Below, piece by piece: positions 62,491-64,000 of a DNA stretch of 64,000 nt. Positions within the stretch are counted from its first letter, which is position 1; each line of letters opens with the position of its first letter. This DNA is from Dipteris shenzhenensis. Taxonomy: Eukaryota. The stretch lies in assembly GCA_047967505.1 (NCBI GenBank), contig CM106538.1; one strand, 5' to 3'. The notes below the pieces were generated by a model that made no database searches, was not told where the DNA came from, and worked only from the letters and a program-made list of their open reading frames with translations. Position numbers and translations under genes: made by a program.

Positions 62491-64000
62491 TATGAAGATA
62501 GTGGGAGAGAAGGAAGGAGTCTCACTTGCGGCTTTCTCACATATACAATGGGGAGATACACACAAAGGTGGAGGCTGAAAACAATTTTCCTCTTCTTAGT
62601 TGTGAAAGCCAAAAGAACTCTAGTACAAAGAAATAGAAGAATCGTATATGTGGGTCTCAAACCAAACTCAGCTAACTAAGGTGGCATACTAACTGAGCCA
62701 CGAACTAGAGTACATAGGATAGCTGTCATCCAGCTATTATTCATGGGCGGTGTACCAACCGCATCTGTAGCTAACAAGTCGGTGACATAAATGCACAATG
62801 GTCACCTTGGCATATCACGAGTGGAGCTCGATATCTCAACACTCCCCCTTGAGCTCAGTCCCAATTCCTACACACACCAAGTAGGTCTCTGAACTTGCGC
62901 AGCTTCTCTGTGCCCAATGCCTTCGTGAATATGTCAGCTACCTGATCCTTTGTGCTGACATAAACTAGATCAATGAGACCTAGTAAAACCTTCTCCCGCA
63001 CATAGTGATAATGCACCTCAATCTGCTTTGTTCTAGCATGATAGACTGGGTTATTTGCCAAGTGTATATTGCTCATGTTGTCACAATAAATGACAACTGG
63101 CCCATCTGTAGACTGATGCATATCATAAAGTAGCTTATGCAACCAAGCTACCTCACATGCAGCCATTGCTGCACCCCTGTACTCAACCTCTGTCTTGACA
63201 AGGCAACTGTGGGCTATTTCTTGCTGCTCCAAGTGACTGCAGCACTCCCAAAAGAGAACACATATCCACTGGTAGATCGTCTATCAGAAATACTACCAGC
63301 CCAATCAGCGTTAGTGTATCCATGCAAGTGTATCCGAACCCCAGCCTCATAAAATAGTCCATACTACAATGTGGACTTCACATACCTGAGTATGCGTCTA
63401 GCCGCATCCAAATGTAGTTTCCTTGGAGCCTGCATAAACTGACTTACCAATCCAATAGCATAGCTCAAATCTGGCCTAGTAATAGTCATATAAATCAAAC
63501 TTCCTACTATGCGTCTATACATAGTAGGGTCTTCCAGAAGCTCACTTGTATATGCGCTTAGCTTCACATTCTGCTCCAAAGGAACTGAAATAGGCTTATA
63601 GCCTGTCATCCCATATTTTGACAACATGTTCAATCCATACTGCCTCTGCAAGAGCCGTATCCCACTTGGTGATCTAATCACCTCAATGCCCAAGAAATAA
63701 CGCAGCTCTCCCAAATCCTTCATCTCAAACTTCTGCTTCAATAGCATTTTCACATGAAGGATATCTTCATCACTATCACCTGTGATGATCAAATCATCAA
63801 CATAAATGACAAGCAGCATGATACCTTTCTCTATTTTTCTCACATAAAGTGAGAAATTTGCCTTGGAAATCTTAAAGCCAATAGTGACAAGATACTGTCC
63901 TATCTTATCAGACCATGCTCTAGGTGCTTGCTTCAAGCCATACAAGGCTTTCTTCAACCTGCAAACAAACTCAAGATGAACAACATGAACATAACCTGGT
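62491..64000 (-). mobile_element. Ty1/copia family A copy 4, 3' end (LTR 62491-62841, PPT, RNase H, RT); runs off the window
   Basis: Very similar to 54207-55720, with YVDDLII and HARTKQIE. Confidence 0.95.

Overview
Repeat-dense nuclear DNA from a land plant, probably a non-seed plant such as a fern (inferred from the TE families and the MYC gene; not provable here). Only one intact host gene is visible: an intronless MYC2-like bHLH factor (46784-49357, +). Most of the rest is nested Ty1/copia retrotransposons: family A (about 352-bp LTRs, four copies, one complete with TSD TGGAC), family C (about 146-bp LTRs, three copies, one complete with TSD CTCTG and one with an internal inversion), a family B remnant, and an LTR end with Sirevirus-like cis motifs. 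There are also remnants of endonuclease-bearing Helitrons, a CACTA transposase, a LINE endonuclease, a receptor-kinase pseudogene, fold-back hairpins and tandem arrays. The most unusual signal is a decayed gene present in two diverged copies (8339-10010 and 14552-25290, both minus). Removing the copia insertion at 15215-23228 rejoins copy 2 in frame (GIDTE|RFMAM). The reconstructed protein of about 900 aa reads as a Tudor/SH3-like barrel, an S/T/P linker with an NLS, a ParB/Srx-like DGQH domain, and a beta-class N4/N6 DNA-methyltransferase-like fold with degenerate catalytic motifs. It lies next to a Cys-rich Sola2-like transposase fragment. These domain calls come from reading motifs by eye and need profile or structure confirmation.
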